Shown piece after piece: positions 1-9,202 of a DNA stretch of 64,000 bases. The stretch is from an uncultured bacterium (GTDB lineage: Bacteria > Fidelibacterota > UBA2242): assembly GCA_964588795.1 (NCBI GenBank), contig CAZPQN010000003.1, positions 18,639 through 82,638 on the forward strand, written 5' to 3'. Position numbers and translations under genes: made by a program. How positions within the stretch are numbered: position 1 is the stretch's first letter; each line of letters starts with the position of its first letter. Under the pieces are notes generated by a model. The model did no database searches, was not told where the DNA came from, and worked only from the letters and a program-made list of their open reading frames with translations.

Positions 1-110
1 TCGACGCCACAGAAAAAAAAACAGACTTCCTGCGTTGTAAGTTACACTGGCGCCGCAGATTACTGTTTCATCTTAGTTTAGGATTCCTTTTTAGCATTAA
101 TGCGGGGCAA

Positions 111-482
111 ATGCTACAAACCCCTGAACAATCCGCGCTGATTTCGCTGGATTCTTTGCTAAACATCTGCATCAGCACGGCTGCCAAGAATGAGCAACTA
201 CCAAAAGAAGCCTCCGCTTCGATCACGAGCATCACGGCGGAAGAAATTAAACAGTTTGGTTATCATACGTTCGCGGATGCTCGGGCCGTGGTACGCGGTT
301 TTGCATGTACACAACCTCCTCTGACGATGACCGGTGGGCCTGAATGTGTCAGAGCGGGCGTTACGCGGGGGGTTGAAATCCTCGGCGACCGACCCCTTTT
401 GCTGATCAAGGACAAGACTGCCCATTGGGAGGGTGTGAATTTCAGTACTCGTCTATTAAGTCTCGTAAAAATTATCGAGTAA
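111..482 (+). CDS. hypothetical protein (123 aa), no recognisable domain; ends 1 nt before the sensor gene
   Basis: Open frame only; tight spacing (482/484) to the downstream sensor ORF suggests co-transcription; no motif recognised. Confidence 0.3.
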   Translation: MLQTPEQSALISLDSLLNICISTAAKNEQLPKEASASITSITAEEIKQFGYHTFADARAVVRGFACTQPPLTMTGGPECVRAGVTRGVEILGDRPLLLIKDKTAHWEGVNFSTRLLSLVKIIE

Positions 483-483
483 T

Positions 484-1689
484 ATGAAACCTGTTGCATC
501 TCTGACTGACTTTTTGCAAAAGATCTCGATCCGCTCCAAGCTGATTTTGGTCATTGCGGCGGTGATCGGTCTGATTGCCGCATTTCTTTTTCTCTATTAT
601 CCCGTGCGTCTGAAGGGCAAATCGGTGGCCAGCCTCGTGGATAAAAGCCAGACCTACGCCAGCTTTCTGGCATATAGTCTCAGCCCGGCTTTAAATTTCA
701 ACGATAGAAACACCGCCGAAGAAATCATCTCTGCCGCCAAGCTGAACCCCGACCTGGTTTATTTAGTCGTTATGGATAACTCTCAGAAAGTATTTATGAG
801 CCATAACCTAGCCCAAGCCTTTCAGCTGGACTTCAAAGAAAAAAGCACTCTGGCCGAGCTTGATTTTTATCGCCCTGCCTACCAGTTTGTAGTTCCGGTC
901 ATTTTTAACAGAGAGACCATCGGAAAACTATACCTCGGTATCTCGCTTACCCACTTACAGAAAGAGGTCGCCTTGATCCGTTGGGATGGCGTTTTGCTGA
1001 GTCTGACCATCTTTGTCGTCGGCGTACTGTTAGTGATCGTGGTCGCTTCGCTAATTACCGAACCGCTCAGCCAGATTGTTAAAACGGTCAACAGTATTAG
1101 TTCAACCGATCTTAAGCAACGTGTCACAGTGCGCGGTAGTGATGAAATTGCGCTTCTCGCGAGCGCTTTCAATGCCATGCTCGAAAAACTAGAGAAAGCT
1201 TACGCCGAGCTGGACGGATTCAATAAAGACCTTGAAATCAAAGTCGAATCCCGCACCGCCGCTCTTTCCCTAGCCAATGCGCAATTGCAATCGGAGCTTA
1301 AGGCTCGGCAAAAAGCCGAAAAGGATTTAGCAGGTGAAAAAGAATTAGTGATGATCACCCTGAGCGCGATTGACGACGGTGTCATCACCACCGACACTAA
1401 TGGCAAAGTTCTGCTGCTGAATAAAGCCGCTGAAGCTTTGACCGGCTGGGCTGAAGTGGACGTTCATGGACAATCAATTGAGCGGGTTTTTTCACTCAAG
1501 GATGCCGAACCGAGCAATCGGACCATTGCCCGCATACTGCAAAACCAGGGTCCTTCCGTATCACTCGAGAAGGCGACTCTGGTCGATAAGTATAACCAGA
1601 AACGTGTCATAATCTATACTATTTCTAGCATTAAAGATTCGTATGGTGAAATCATCGGAACAGTGCTAATCTTTCGCCCGGCGGCCTGA
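484..1689 (+). CDS. membrane sensor protein with two TM segments, periplasmic domain, HAMP linker and a single PAS domain; no kinase/GGDEF/MCP output domain
   Basis: TM1 LILVIAAVIGLIAAFLFLYY; TM2 LLSLTIFVVGVLLVIVVASLI followed by HAMP-like ITEPLSQIVKTVNSISSTDLKQRV...AFNAMLEKL, coiled-coil, PAS-like ITLSAIDDGVITTDTNGKVLLLNKAAEALTGW; ORF stops right after PAS. Confidence 0.6.
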   Translation: MKPVASLTDFLQKISIRSKLILVIAAVIGLIAAFLFLYYPVRLKGKSVASLVDKSQTYASFLAYSLSPALNFNDRNTAEEIISAAKLNPDLVYLVVMDNSQKVFMSHNLAQAFQLDFKEKSTLAELDFYRPAYQFVVPVIFNRETIGKLYLGISLTHLQKEVALIRWDGVLLSLTIFVVGVLLVIVVASLITEPLSQIVKTVNSISSTDLKQRVTVRGSDEIALLASAFNAMLEKLEKAYAELDGFNKDLEIKVESRTAALSLANAQLQSELKARQKAEKDLAGEKELVMITLSAIDDGVITTDTNGKVLLLNKAAEALTGWAEVDVHGQSIERVFSLKDAEPSNRTIARILQNQGPSVSLEKATLVDKYNQKRVIIYTISSIKDSYGEIIGTVLIFRPAA

Positions 1690-1739
1690 ATCTTTCCCCG
1701 CGATCTAGACCAAGAAACGTCAATCACAGATCAAATTCG

Positions 1740-1812
1740 TGAGTGCAGCAGGATTCGAACCTGCGACCCACGGCTTAAAAGGCCGTTGCTCTACCAACTG
1801 AGCTATGCACCC
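1740..1812 (-). tRNA. tRNA-Lys (anticodon UUU), CCA not encoded
   Basis: Minus-strand read GGGTGCATAGCTCAGTTGGTAGAGCAACGGCCTTTTAAGCCGTGGGTCGCAGGTTCGAATCCTGCTGCACTCA: D-loop AGCTCAGTTGGTAGAGC, anticodon loop cTTTTaa, T-loop GGTTCGAATCC, 7-bp acceptor stem GGGTGCA/TGCACTC. Confidence 0.9.
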
Positions 1813-1884
1813 TGAAAAAAAGCCCGCAAAATTAGGATTTATCCTGTAATTATCCAAGAAAAAATCCCTGCTAAACTACAGATC

Positions 1885-2862
1885 TCAGGATGAGAGAATA
1901 CGATAAATCCTGAGTAATTCTTCATCCAATTTTTTCTTTTTCTGCCAAGTCTCCGGTAATGGCACATAACTGACGGAATTATTCAACCAGCCTACCATTA
2001 TGTCTGTCTGACCGTCTTCCAGAGCCTTGACTGCATGATAACCAAGCCGGCTGGCTAACAGACGGTCGGTGGCCGTCGGACTGCCGCCGCGTTGTGTGTG
2101 GCCTAGTACACAGACATGGCAGGTAGTATGATAAGCCGCTTTCAACTTGGCGGCGATTTCGTTGGCGTTGCCCAATTCATCACCCTCAGCCACGACAATG
2201 ACGCTGCTCGTTTTGCCTGCTTTTGCCCAGTTATTGATCAACACCCCCAGGTCTTCCAGGCTTAGCTGTGATTCCGGCACGAGGATTTCTTCGGCGCCGC
2301 CGCAGATACCCACCTGCATGGCGATAAAACCGGAGTGACGCCCCATAACCTCCAATATGAAAAGCCGATCGTGCGAAGCAGCCGTGTCCCGGATTTTATC
2401 CAACGAATCAAGCGCGGTGGCAACAGCGGTGTCGTAGCCGATAGTCAAATCCGTACCCCAGATATCATTATCAATCGTTCCGGGTATTCCGACCAGGCGC
2501 ACTTTCTGTTCTTCGTAGAGGGCCTGGGCGCCGCGGAAACTACCATCGCCGCCAATGACAACTAAACCTCCAATCTCCCATTCCCGGAGTACCTCAGCGG
2601 CGCGTTTACGTCCTGAAGGATGCAGGAAAGCCTCACAGCGCGACGTTTTCAAAAAGGTGCCGCCCTTTTGAATAATATTACTGACCGACCGACGATTAAG
2701 TGGCATTATTTCACCCTGAATCAGACCTTCGTAACCGCCGTATACTCCAAATACCGCCAGGCCATCGTAAATAGCGGTGCGTACCACGGCACGCACACAG
2801 GCGTTCATCCCCGGCGCATCTCCGCCACTGGTCAGCACTGCAATTTTCTTCAAGTCTACCAT
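1885..2862 (-). CDS. pfkA: ATP-dependent 6-phosphofructokinase
   Basis: N-terminal IAVLTSGGDAPGMNA, GGDGS and MGR motifs typical of PFK-A family; probable ATG at 2862 with GAGGAAAG RBS (track ORF extends to TTG at 2889). Confidence 0.9.
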   Translation of the reverse strand: MVDLKKIAVLTSGGDAPGMNACVRAVVRTAIYDGLAVFGVYGGYEGLIQGEIMPLNRRSVSNIIQKGGTFLKTSRCEAFLHPSGRKRAAEVLREWEIGGLVVIGGDGSFRGAQALYEEQKVRLVGIPGTIDNDIWGTDLTIGYDTAVATALDSLDKIRDTAASHDRLFILEVMGRHSGFIAMQVGICGGAEEILVPESQLSLEDLGVLINNWAKAGKTSSVIVVAEGDELGNANEIAAKLKAAYHTTCHVCVLGHTQRGGSPTATDRLLASRLGYHAVKALEDGQTDIMVGWLNNSVSYVPLPETWQKKKKLDEELLRIYRILSS

Positions 2863-2929
2863 ATATCTTTCCTCATTAATGATAAGCAATTTACATAAAT
2901 CTGCCGATAAACAGACACCCCCAACAGCG

Positions 2930-4969
2930 TTAATCCCGAAGCTTCTGAATTAATTGTTCCAGCGGAGCGACTACCGCAAGCTCGACTTGTCCGGCTGGTT
3001 GTTTGGCGCGTCTGAGTATCTCGGCGACGTCTTCGTACCATTTTGCAGAAGGTTGGGTCTCGGTTTTCAGATATTCGACGGTTTCAATTCCGTACTGAAA
3101 TAATTCATCTGCGGCGAGAGTCAGCGGCTCGATCTCCTTCAAGACCGGCGCGGAGGCGATTACACTCTGCAGTGGCGGGTAGTTATCATGCCAGATTGTG
3201 AGCATCTGCTGAATTCGATCCAGTTCGAGTCGGTTGTCTGTCCGACAATATCCTTCGACCAGATGGCGCAATTTTCTGGCGGTCATGGATTCCGGACGCG
3301 CCGCATCCACAATCCGTGTGTAGGGTGAGTAGGAAGTGTACGTGACTCCCTGAAAATGGCGGTCATATTGCTTGACCGGTTCGACGAGATCGACGAAACT
3401 ACGCAGGGCAGTGACATCTTCACGGCCGGTCAGGCGCCTGAGCATCATCTCGTAGTTTTTAATATGGGTCAGCTCCAGCTCCTCTAATTGCAGGCTGATG
3501 GTTTCCAGGCGGTCGTACATGCTTTCCACATCGCGTACACAGGCCGGTGACCACAAGCGCTCGGCGATCGCCGCCGTGCGTGGCCAAATGCGCGAGTCAA
3601 TGGTCTCATTAGTGACGATTTCGCCCCAGCTGGCGGCCTCGCCTCCTAGGATTAATTTTTTTTGCGCATCCGTCAGTTTTGAATCAGCTGGTATCGGATC
3701 AACCAAATAATGATATTCGGCAGGTTGTATCAAATCAATATAGTAGCCGTTCGACAGGATGCCCATATAGCCTTTTTGGGCCGCCTCCGCCAAGAAGTTA
3801 TATCCGCGCCATGAATGGATCACAATATTCTGTGGTAAACCCGGCTGAAATATTTCATCCCAGCCGATCATCTTCTTACCGTATTTAGTAAGAATTTTCA
3901 ACACCTGTTGGTTGAAATAACGCTGAAGTTCATGGTTATCCTTGAGCTTTTTGGCTTTGAGAAAAGCCTGGATTTCCTGGTTAGCATTCCAATGCCGCCC
4001 GTTATTTTCGTCACCACCGATATGCAGATACTCATCCGGAAACAGCATGGCCATTTCCTGGAAAAATTTATCGAGGAATTCGTAAGTGAATTCCCTGACT
4101 GGATTCATGGTCGGATCTTTGATACCCCAGTATCTCTCAATTGCATAAGACCCCGGGGCGCTGGCCAACTCCGGATAACCGACCAGCCAGCTCGTGGCAT
4201 GCGCCGGGACATCAAACTCCGGTACGATGCGGATGCCCCGCTCAGCGGCATATTCAATGATCTCGCGGATTTGGACCTGGGTATAGAACATGTCGTCCGA
4301 CCCCAATGCATGTAATTTGGGCCAGACTTTGGACTGGACGCGGAAGCCCTGATCGTCGCTAAGATGCCAGTGTAAAACATTCAGTTTGACAGCCGCCATA
4401 CCGTCAAGATTGCGCTTAATGACTTCGACCGGTTCAAAGTGCCGGCTGACATCAATCAGCAGACCGCGCCAGGGGAAGCGGGGCGCGTCTTTTATTTTAC
4501 ACCCCGGAAAAAAATAACTTCCTGCATCCGCCGCCAATAGTTGTAACAGCGTCTCAAGACCGCGCATGGCTCCTACATCTGTCGGAGCGAGCAACTCGAT
4601 TTTGTCCTTACCGACGGTCAAACGGTACGATTCATCCTCGGTAAGGATAATTTGGCCCAATCGCTCGTACTTTATGATGAATTGAGCGGAATCACTCACC
4701 TTGGCCGGAGTAATGAAGTCCTGCGGAAAAAACAAGCCCGTTCGCCCACTCAGGCGCCGCAAAAAGCGCGTGGCATAGCGACCTAATCGCGACGATGGCG
4801 GCCCCTGAACAGTCAGAGTAAATTTTGCGTCAAGTAGGTATCGGTCGCCGGTCAGTGTAACCTCTGCCGGTACCGGCATTAAATTCAATGGAGGCAATTC
4901 TCCGGCGCAAATTCCGGTTATAATCAGCAGTATGCCCGCAATGATGCGGATGATTGGTATTTGTTTCAT
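2930..4969 (-). CDS. secreted beta-N-acetylhexosaminidase, glycoside hydrolase family 20
   Basis: Signal peptide MKQIPIIRIIAGILLIITGICAG; GH20 catalytic region ...FDVPAHATSW... and HIGGDE motif. Confidence 0.85.
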   Translation of the reverse strand: MKQIPIIRIIAGILLIITGICAGELPPLNLMPVPAEVTLTGDRYLLDAKFTLTVQGPPSSRLGRYATRFLRRLSGRTGLFFPQDFITPAKVSDSAQFIIKYERLGQIILTEDESYRLTVGKDKIELLAPTDVGAMRGLETLLQLLAADAGSYFFPGCKIKDAPRFPWRGLLIDVSRHFEPVEVIKRNLDGMAAVKLNVLHWHLSDDQGFRVQSKVWPKLHALGSDDMFYTQVQIREIIEYAAERGIRIVPEFDVPAHATSWLVGYPELASAPGSYAIERYWGIKDPTMNPVREFTYEFLDKFFQEMAMLFPDEYLHIGGDENNGRHWNANQEIQAFLKAKKLKDNHELQRYFNQQVLKILTKYGKKMIGWDEIFQPGLPQNIVIHSWRGYNFLAEAAQKGYMGILSNGYYIDLIQPAEYHYLVDPIPADSKLTDAQKKLILGGEAASWGEIVTNETIDSRIWPRTAAIAERLWSPACVRDVESMYDRLETISLQLEELELTHIKNYEMMLRRLTGREDVTALRSFVDLVEPVKQYDRHFQGVTYTSYSPYTRIVDAARPESMTARKLRHLVEGYCRTDNRLELDRIQQMLTIWHDNYPPLQSVIASAPVLKEIEPLTLAADELFQYGIETVEYLKTETQPSAKWYEDVAEILRRAKQPAGQVELAVVAPLEQLIQKLRD

Positions 4970-4996
4970 AGGCTTCTTTCTACATCTTTATATCTT

Positions 4997-6382
4997 TTAA
5001 AACATACGGTCCCAGGGTGGTAGTTTGACTGGTTTCTGCTGGCGTACCGCCAACACCTTTTCCGGTAAAAATTGCTTGAGAATCACCAGACGGAACATAT
5101 ACTCTCCAAACCATTCATCAGTCATGGTCAGAAAACCTTCGTTGCCGTCGTCCTTGCCCCAGCTGTTCTCCAACAGCCATTTGGCCGGAATCCCGTTTGC
5201 CGTGGTATCCAAGCCAATCAGCGCCATACCATGCGAGGAGGAGGATTCATAGCTGAGGATGCGCTCTTTTTTATTCATGGTAAAAGGCACACCAAAGAGG
5301 GCTTCGTAATCATAGATGTTGACCGCTAAATAACCTTTTTCCCGCTCAAGGAACTTACCGACATCGCAGGAAAAGTACATTGGTTCGTCCGCTAATAATG
5401 AGGCTTTGGCAAATTTTTTAATTTCGGCAACCGGTACGTTGATAAAGGTCCAGTTGGGCCCCTCCCAGCAGTTGCGATCGTATTCAATTTCATAATGCTG
5501 GTAATAATCTTTCGAAGGATCGTCCATGAGCATAACATAGTCATTGAGGTTGACATTCAGGATCTCTTGATAGAAACGCTGAGGGGTGTAGCGGCCCTTG
5601 ACGATCAGGCTGTCGTTTTTATCAAGATAACGCCAGCTAAATTCCTGGGGTGGTGTTCCGAGAGTGACGACCAAAATCCGATAGATTTCAGTCAGTTGTT
5701 CGGCTTTTTTCGTGCGCAGAAATATAAGGTCTTTGCCGGCGTTGTGCGCTTGCCGCAATCGCAAACCGTGTTCACGCAGCTTACGCTGGAGCAGACGGCT
5801 CATCAGGGCTGTGTTTTCACTGTGGTAACTCTCGGGCATGACTTCCTTGGGGACAATGCCATATTTCTGGATCAATCCCGGCATCATCGTCCAGACCCCG
5901 CCGTCCTGCAGAGGATGCTGGAAAAGCCATTGCACTTCACGGTCATCAATATCCCGGGTGCGAGTCTGAATGATTGCCTCGAGGAACAGGTTAGCTTTTT
6001 CGAGCTGGTCATAGAAAAAGAGATAATTCTCCGAAAATTCAAAATTCTTCATTCCATACTTTTGCATTACCCTGGGACGGATAACGTTCAAGGCGGTGAA
6101 TAACCAACAGCGCCCTGATGATTTCTGATCGGTAATAGCTGGCACAGAGAGGCGGTGCGCAAAATAATGATCGAGGGTGCCCAGCATTTGACGGTTTAGT
6201 GCGATGTTCTTTATATCGTTATTCGAAACGGCATTCTGGCGGGTGAGGAGATTGGCGTCCGATGCCGCCACTTTGACACAGCCGGCAAGTATTTCAGGGG
6301 TCAGGGCGCCTTCCTGGGCCTGACCGTCAGCAATAATTAGAAGAATCACAACCGCCACCGAAATTTTTCTCCATGCGTTCAT
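4997..6382 (-). CDS. secreted papain-family (C1B) cysteine peptidase, aminopeptidase C / bleomycin hydrolase-like
   Basis: Signal peptide; active-site Cys motif QKSSGRCWLFTALN; C-terminal His/Asn region; length 461 aa. Confidence 0.8.
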   Translation of the reverse strand: MNAWRKISVAVVILLIIADGQAQEGALTPEILAGCVKVAASDANLLTRQNAVSNNDIKNIALNRQMLGTLDHYFAHRLSVPAITDQKSSGRCWLFTALNVIRPRVMQKYGMKNFEFSENYLFFYDQLEKANLFLEAIIQTRTRDIDDREVQWLFQHPLQDGGVWTMMPGLIQKYGIVPKEVMPESYHSENTALMSRLLQRKLREHGLRLRQAHNAGKDLIFLRTKKAEQLTEIYRILVVTLGTPPQEFSWRYLDKNDSLIVKGRYTPQRFYQEILNVNLNDYVMLMDDPSKDYYQHYEIEYDRNCWEGPNWTFINVPVAEIKKFAKASLLADEPMYFSCDVGKFLEREKGYLAVNIYDYEALFGVPFTMNKKERILSYESSSSHGMALIGLDTTANGIPAKWLLENSWGKDDGNEGFLTMTDEWFGEYMFRLVILKQFLPEKVLAVRQQKPVKLPPWDRMF

Positions 6383-6421
6383 AAAAGCACCTTTTAGTTT
6401 TTCATTTCCTATTCGATAGAC

Positions 6422-7780
6422 TCATTTCATACTGGCATATCGTTGCCAGAGTTGCACGGCAGCTTTCTGACTTTCTTCAATGATCAATTCTTCATCCAGA
6501 GTCAGGAAGGCGCCATCATCGTAAATGCGCTGTCCGTTCGTCATGACCAATGCTGCCCGGCAACCAGCCATGCCAAAAATCAGATGCCCGAAAAGATTAT
6601 CGCGGTGAAAAGGTGTCACGGGAACATAATCAAACACGACGATATCGGCGGCAGCGCCCGGCACAAGGCGTCCCGGGTGATAATCGAAGAAACGCGCCGC
6701 GATCTCGGCATTATTCTGCAATAAAACCGGCGGCAAAAGCGCGAACAATTCTTCCTCCGCAACACCTGCCTGACGGTGCCAAAGATAACCGGCTCTCAAG
6801 GTTGCCAGCATATCGGAATTCATGCCGTCGGTGCCCAGTCCGAGTTTGACTTTTTCCACCATTGGGAGCGACAAACGCCCCACATTGTTGTTCATATTCG
6901 ACTCAGGATTGTGAATCAGCGGCGCGCCGTGTTGCGCCAATAATTCCCGCTCAGCGGCAGTGAGGTGAATGCCATGGGCGCAGAGAGTTCTGGGCGTCAG
7001 CAAACCGAAGTGCTGCAGGCGATCCCCCGCCCCGTGGTAACCGAGCTGGCGGCACGTCTGACTATCAACCGGGTCTTCGGCACAATGAATATGCAAACCT
7101 GTTTCCGGGTCAAAGTTACGTGCGATTTCCTGCAGGGATTTTTCCGAAAGCGTGAAATTGGCGTGCAGACCGAGTGTGCCTTTTATTGACGCATCGTTCT
7201 GATGGGCGGCTATAAAGCGCAGGTTTTCATCGAGACCCTGTTTAAAAACATTGGCACCATCCCGGTCGGAAATCTCATAGCAAAGACAGGCTTTCAACCC
7301 GGCGCGTCTAACTACCACGGCGATGTTTTCTAAGCTGTCATGTACACAATTCGGTGAGGCGTGATGGTCAAAAATCAGCGTCACCCCGTGACGAATACAG
7401 TCGAGCAATGCCACCAGAGCGGAGAGTTGTACCGTTTCTAACGCCAAGGCTTTGTCCAGTCGCCACCAGAAATATTGCAGGCGTTCGCTGAAGTTATCCG
7501 GCGGTTTGAAGGGCGCAAGTCCTTTGGCAAAAGCAGAGTAGAAGTGATGATGCAGATTGATCAGTCCTGGAAAAATGACTTTGCCCTGGGTATCATAGAT
7601 CTCAATATTCTGGTCCCGTGGGACATGTTCGAAGACCGTTTCTTCCTCTCCCACATATTCAACCTTGCCATCCTTAACGAAAATAGCGCCGTTTTGAAAG
7701 ACGTGCTTCTCTCCGTCGAATAGTGGGCCACCGTAAATGATCATCGCTTTGTACGACTCATCCATTCTGTGTCCTTTCAA
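6422..7780 (-). CDS. amidohydrolase of the chlorohydrolase/deaminase (TRZ/ATZ) family, SsnA-like
   Basis: Metal-binding HHHFYSAF motif near N-terminus, size about 450 aa, adjacent to a hydantoinase-like gene as in ssnA loci. Confidence 0.6.
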   Translation of the reverse strand: MKGHRMDESYKAMIIYGGPLFDGEKHVFQNGAIFVKDGKVEYVGEEETVFEHVPRDQNIEIYDTQGKVIFPGLINLHHHFYSAFAKGLAPFKPPDNFSERLQYFWWRLDKALALETVQLSALVALLDCIRHGVTLIFDHHASPNCVHDSLENIAVVVRRAGLKACLCYEISDRDGANVFKQGLDENLRFIAAHQNDASIKGTLGLHANFTLSEKSLQEIARNFDPETGLHIHCAEDPVDSQTCRQLGYHGAGDRLQHFGLLTPRTLCAHGIHLTAAERELLAQHGAPLIHNPESNMNNNVGRLSLPMVEKVKLGLGTDGMNSDMLATLRAGYLWHRQAGVAEEELFALLPPVLLQNNAEIAARFFDYHPGRLVPGAAADIVVFDYVPVTPFHRDNLFGHLIFGMAGCRAALVMTNGQRIYDDGAFLTLDEELIIEESQKAAVQLWQRYASMK

Positions 7781-9193
7781 TTAATTCATTCCACGCGGGA
7801 TAAATTGCCCTTGCTTTGTATCGCTTAGTCCTTTCTGAAAATCGTAAATCTTGTTACCTCGTAAGTACACCTGCTCAATCCGCCCCTCAAAGACATGACC
7901 TTCGAAGGGAGTCAGCTTCCCTTTGGAGGGAAAATCAGCACCCTGGATGCGGGTTTGAGCATCTTCGTTAAAGACAACAAAATCGGCATCGCTGTCGAGT
8001 GCCAGCGTTCCCTTGCGTGGAAAAAGCCCAAAGCGACGCGCCGCCGCCGTGGCAGTAATTTCCACCAAACGCGCCAAAGTCAATCGTCCCTGCCGATATC
8101 CTGCCGAATACAGGTAAGGTAAAAGAGTTCCGACACCACTGATTCCGCCATAGTCCGTCCAGATGGAGCCGGTCTGTTTCTGAGCCGGCGGACAGGGTGC
8201 ATGGTCACTGGCCACCAATGCCAGCTTGTTTGATAATAACGCCTGCCAGAGCTGCTCGCGATGCTCTGGCGATTTAAGTACCGGAGCACATTTCAGGATA
8301 CTGCCCCGCGTTAAAAAATCCAGGGCGCTAAAAGCGAGGTAGTGCGGACAGGTCTCGCCACTGATGTCCGTTCCCAACGACCGATAATCATCGATCAGTT
8401 GGGCGCCTGCTCCAGTCGAAACATGCACGATATGCAGCCGCGCCCGGGTAGCCCGGGTGATTTTGGCGGCCCGCTCGATTGCCTGGGTTTCCGCTTTCAC
8501 CGGCCTCGAAAGATAATACGCTTCCGTATCCGTACGACCGCCTCTGACTAATTCATCAGTCAAATTCTGCACCAAGTCGGCATCTTCGGCGTGATGCCCG
8601 ACCAGAGCCCCGATTTCCGCCGCATACCCGACAACCTCTAGTAGTTCAGTCGGGGTCAGTTGCGGGAAAGTCGGCATCCCCGACAGAGCGTAGGTCTTGA
8701 ATCCAACCACTCCTGCATCCCAGAGCGTCCGCATTGCCGCGCGCCAGTCAAAGGTGGTTAACGGCCCTGCAACCCCTCCCCAGAGGGCGAAATCCACATA
8801 CGATTGGTGCTCAATAAAATGTAGTTTATTTTCCAGATGAGGAACCGAGGTCACCGGCGGCAAAGAAGTGCAGGGCATGTCAATTACCGTCGTGATGCCA
8901 CCCATCGCGGCAAAAGCCGAACCGGTCGCAAAACTTTCCCGTTCTTCGAATCCCGGTGTATTGAAATGCACATGCGGATCAATGCCTCCCGGCAAGACTA
9001 ACCGGCCCTCCAATTCGACGATTGCACAGTTTTCCGGTGCGATAAGTCCATGACCGCGGCCGGCTATTTTGCCATTTAGTACGAGAAAGTCGGAGATAAC
9101 GGCCGCATCTGCTTCTGCAGTCGCCATTTTTGCATTCCGGAAAAGAATCTTTGTTGCCGGCCAACTGCTCTGAGGCAAAAAGTTCACCCTCAA
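7781..9193 (-). CDS. cyclic amidohydrolase (D-hydantoinase/dihydropyrimidinase/allantoinase-like)
   Basis: GGIDPHVHF metal-binding motif, about 450 aa; true start may be the internal Met at 9127 (MATAEADAAVISDFLVLNG). Confidence 0.7.
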   Translation of the reverse strand: MRVNFLPQSSWPATKILFRNAKMATAEADAAVISDFLVLNGKIAGRGHGLIAPENCAIVELEGRLVLPGGIDPHVHFNTPGFEERESFATGSAFAAMGGITTVIDMPCTSLPPVTSVPHLENKLHFIEHQSYVDFALWGGVAGPLTTFDWRAAMRTLWDAGVVGFKTYALSGMPTFPQLTPTELLEVVGYAAEIGALVGHHAEDADLVQNLTDELVRGGRTDTEAYYLSRPVKAETQAIERAAKITRATRARLHIVHVSTGAGAQLIDDYRSLGTDISGETCPHYLAFSALDFLTRGSILKCAPVLKSPEHREQLWQALLSNKLALVASDHAPCPPAQKQTGSIWTDYGGISGVGTLLPYLYSAGYRQGRLTLARLVEITATAAARRFGLFPRKGTLALDSDADFVVFNEDAQTRIQGADFPSKGKLTPFEGHVFEGRIEQVYLRGNKIYDFQKGLSDTKQGQFIPRGMN

Positions 9194-9202
9194 CCTAGCT
9201 TT

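Noticed and set aside
1740-1812. tRNA-Lys as possible integration hotspot for a mobile element
   Set aside because: No integrase, direct repeat of the tRNA 3' end, or foreign-looking genes nearby; flanks are housekeeping (pfkA)
1884-1913. 8-bp inverted repeat CTCAGGAT-N14-ATCCTGAG
   Set aside because: Considered as terminator, but it lies mostly inside the pfkA coding 3' end and lacks a U-tract; probably coincidental
5495-6103. 202-aa plus-strand ORF inside the C1 peptidase gene
   Set aside because: Opposite strand of a motif-supported CDS; low-complexity translation
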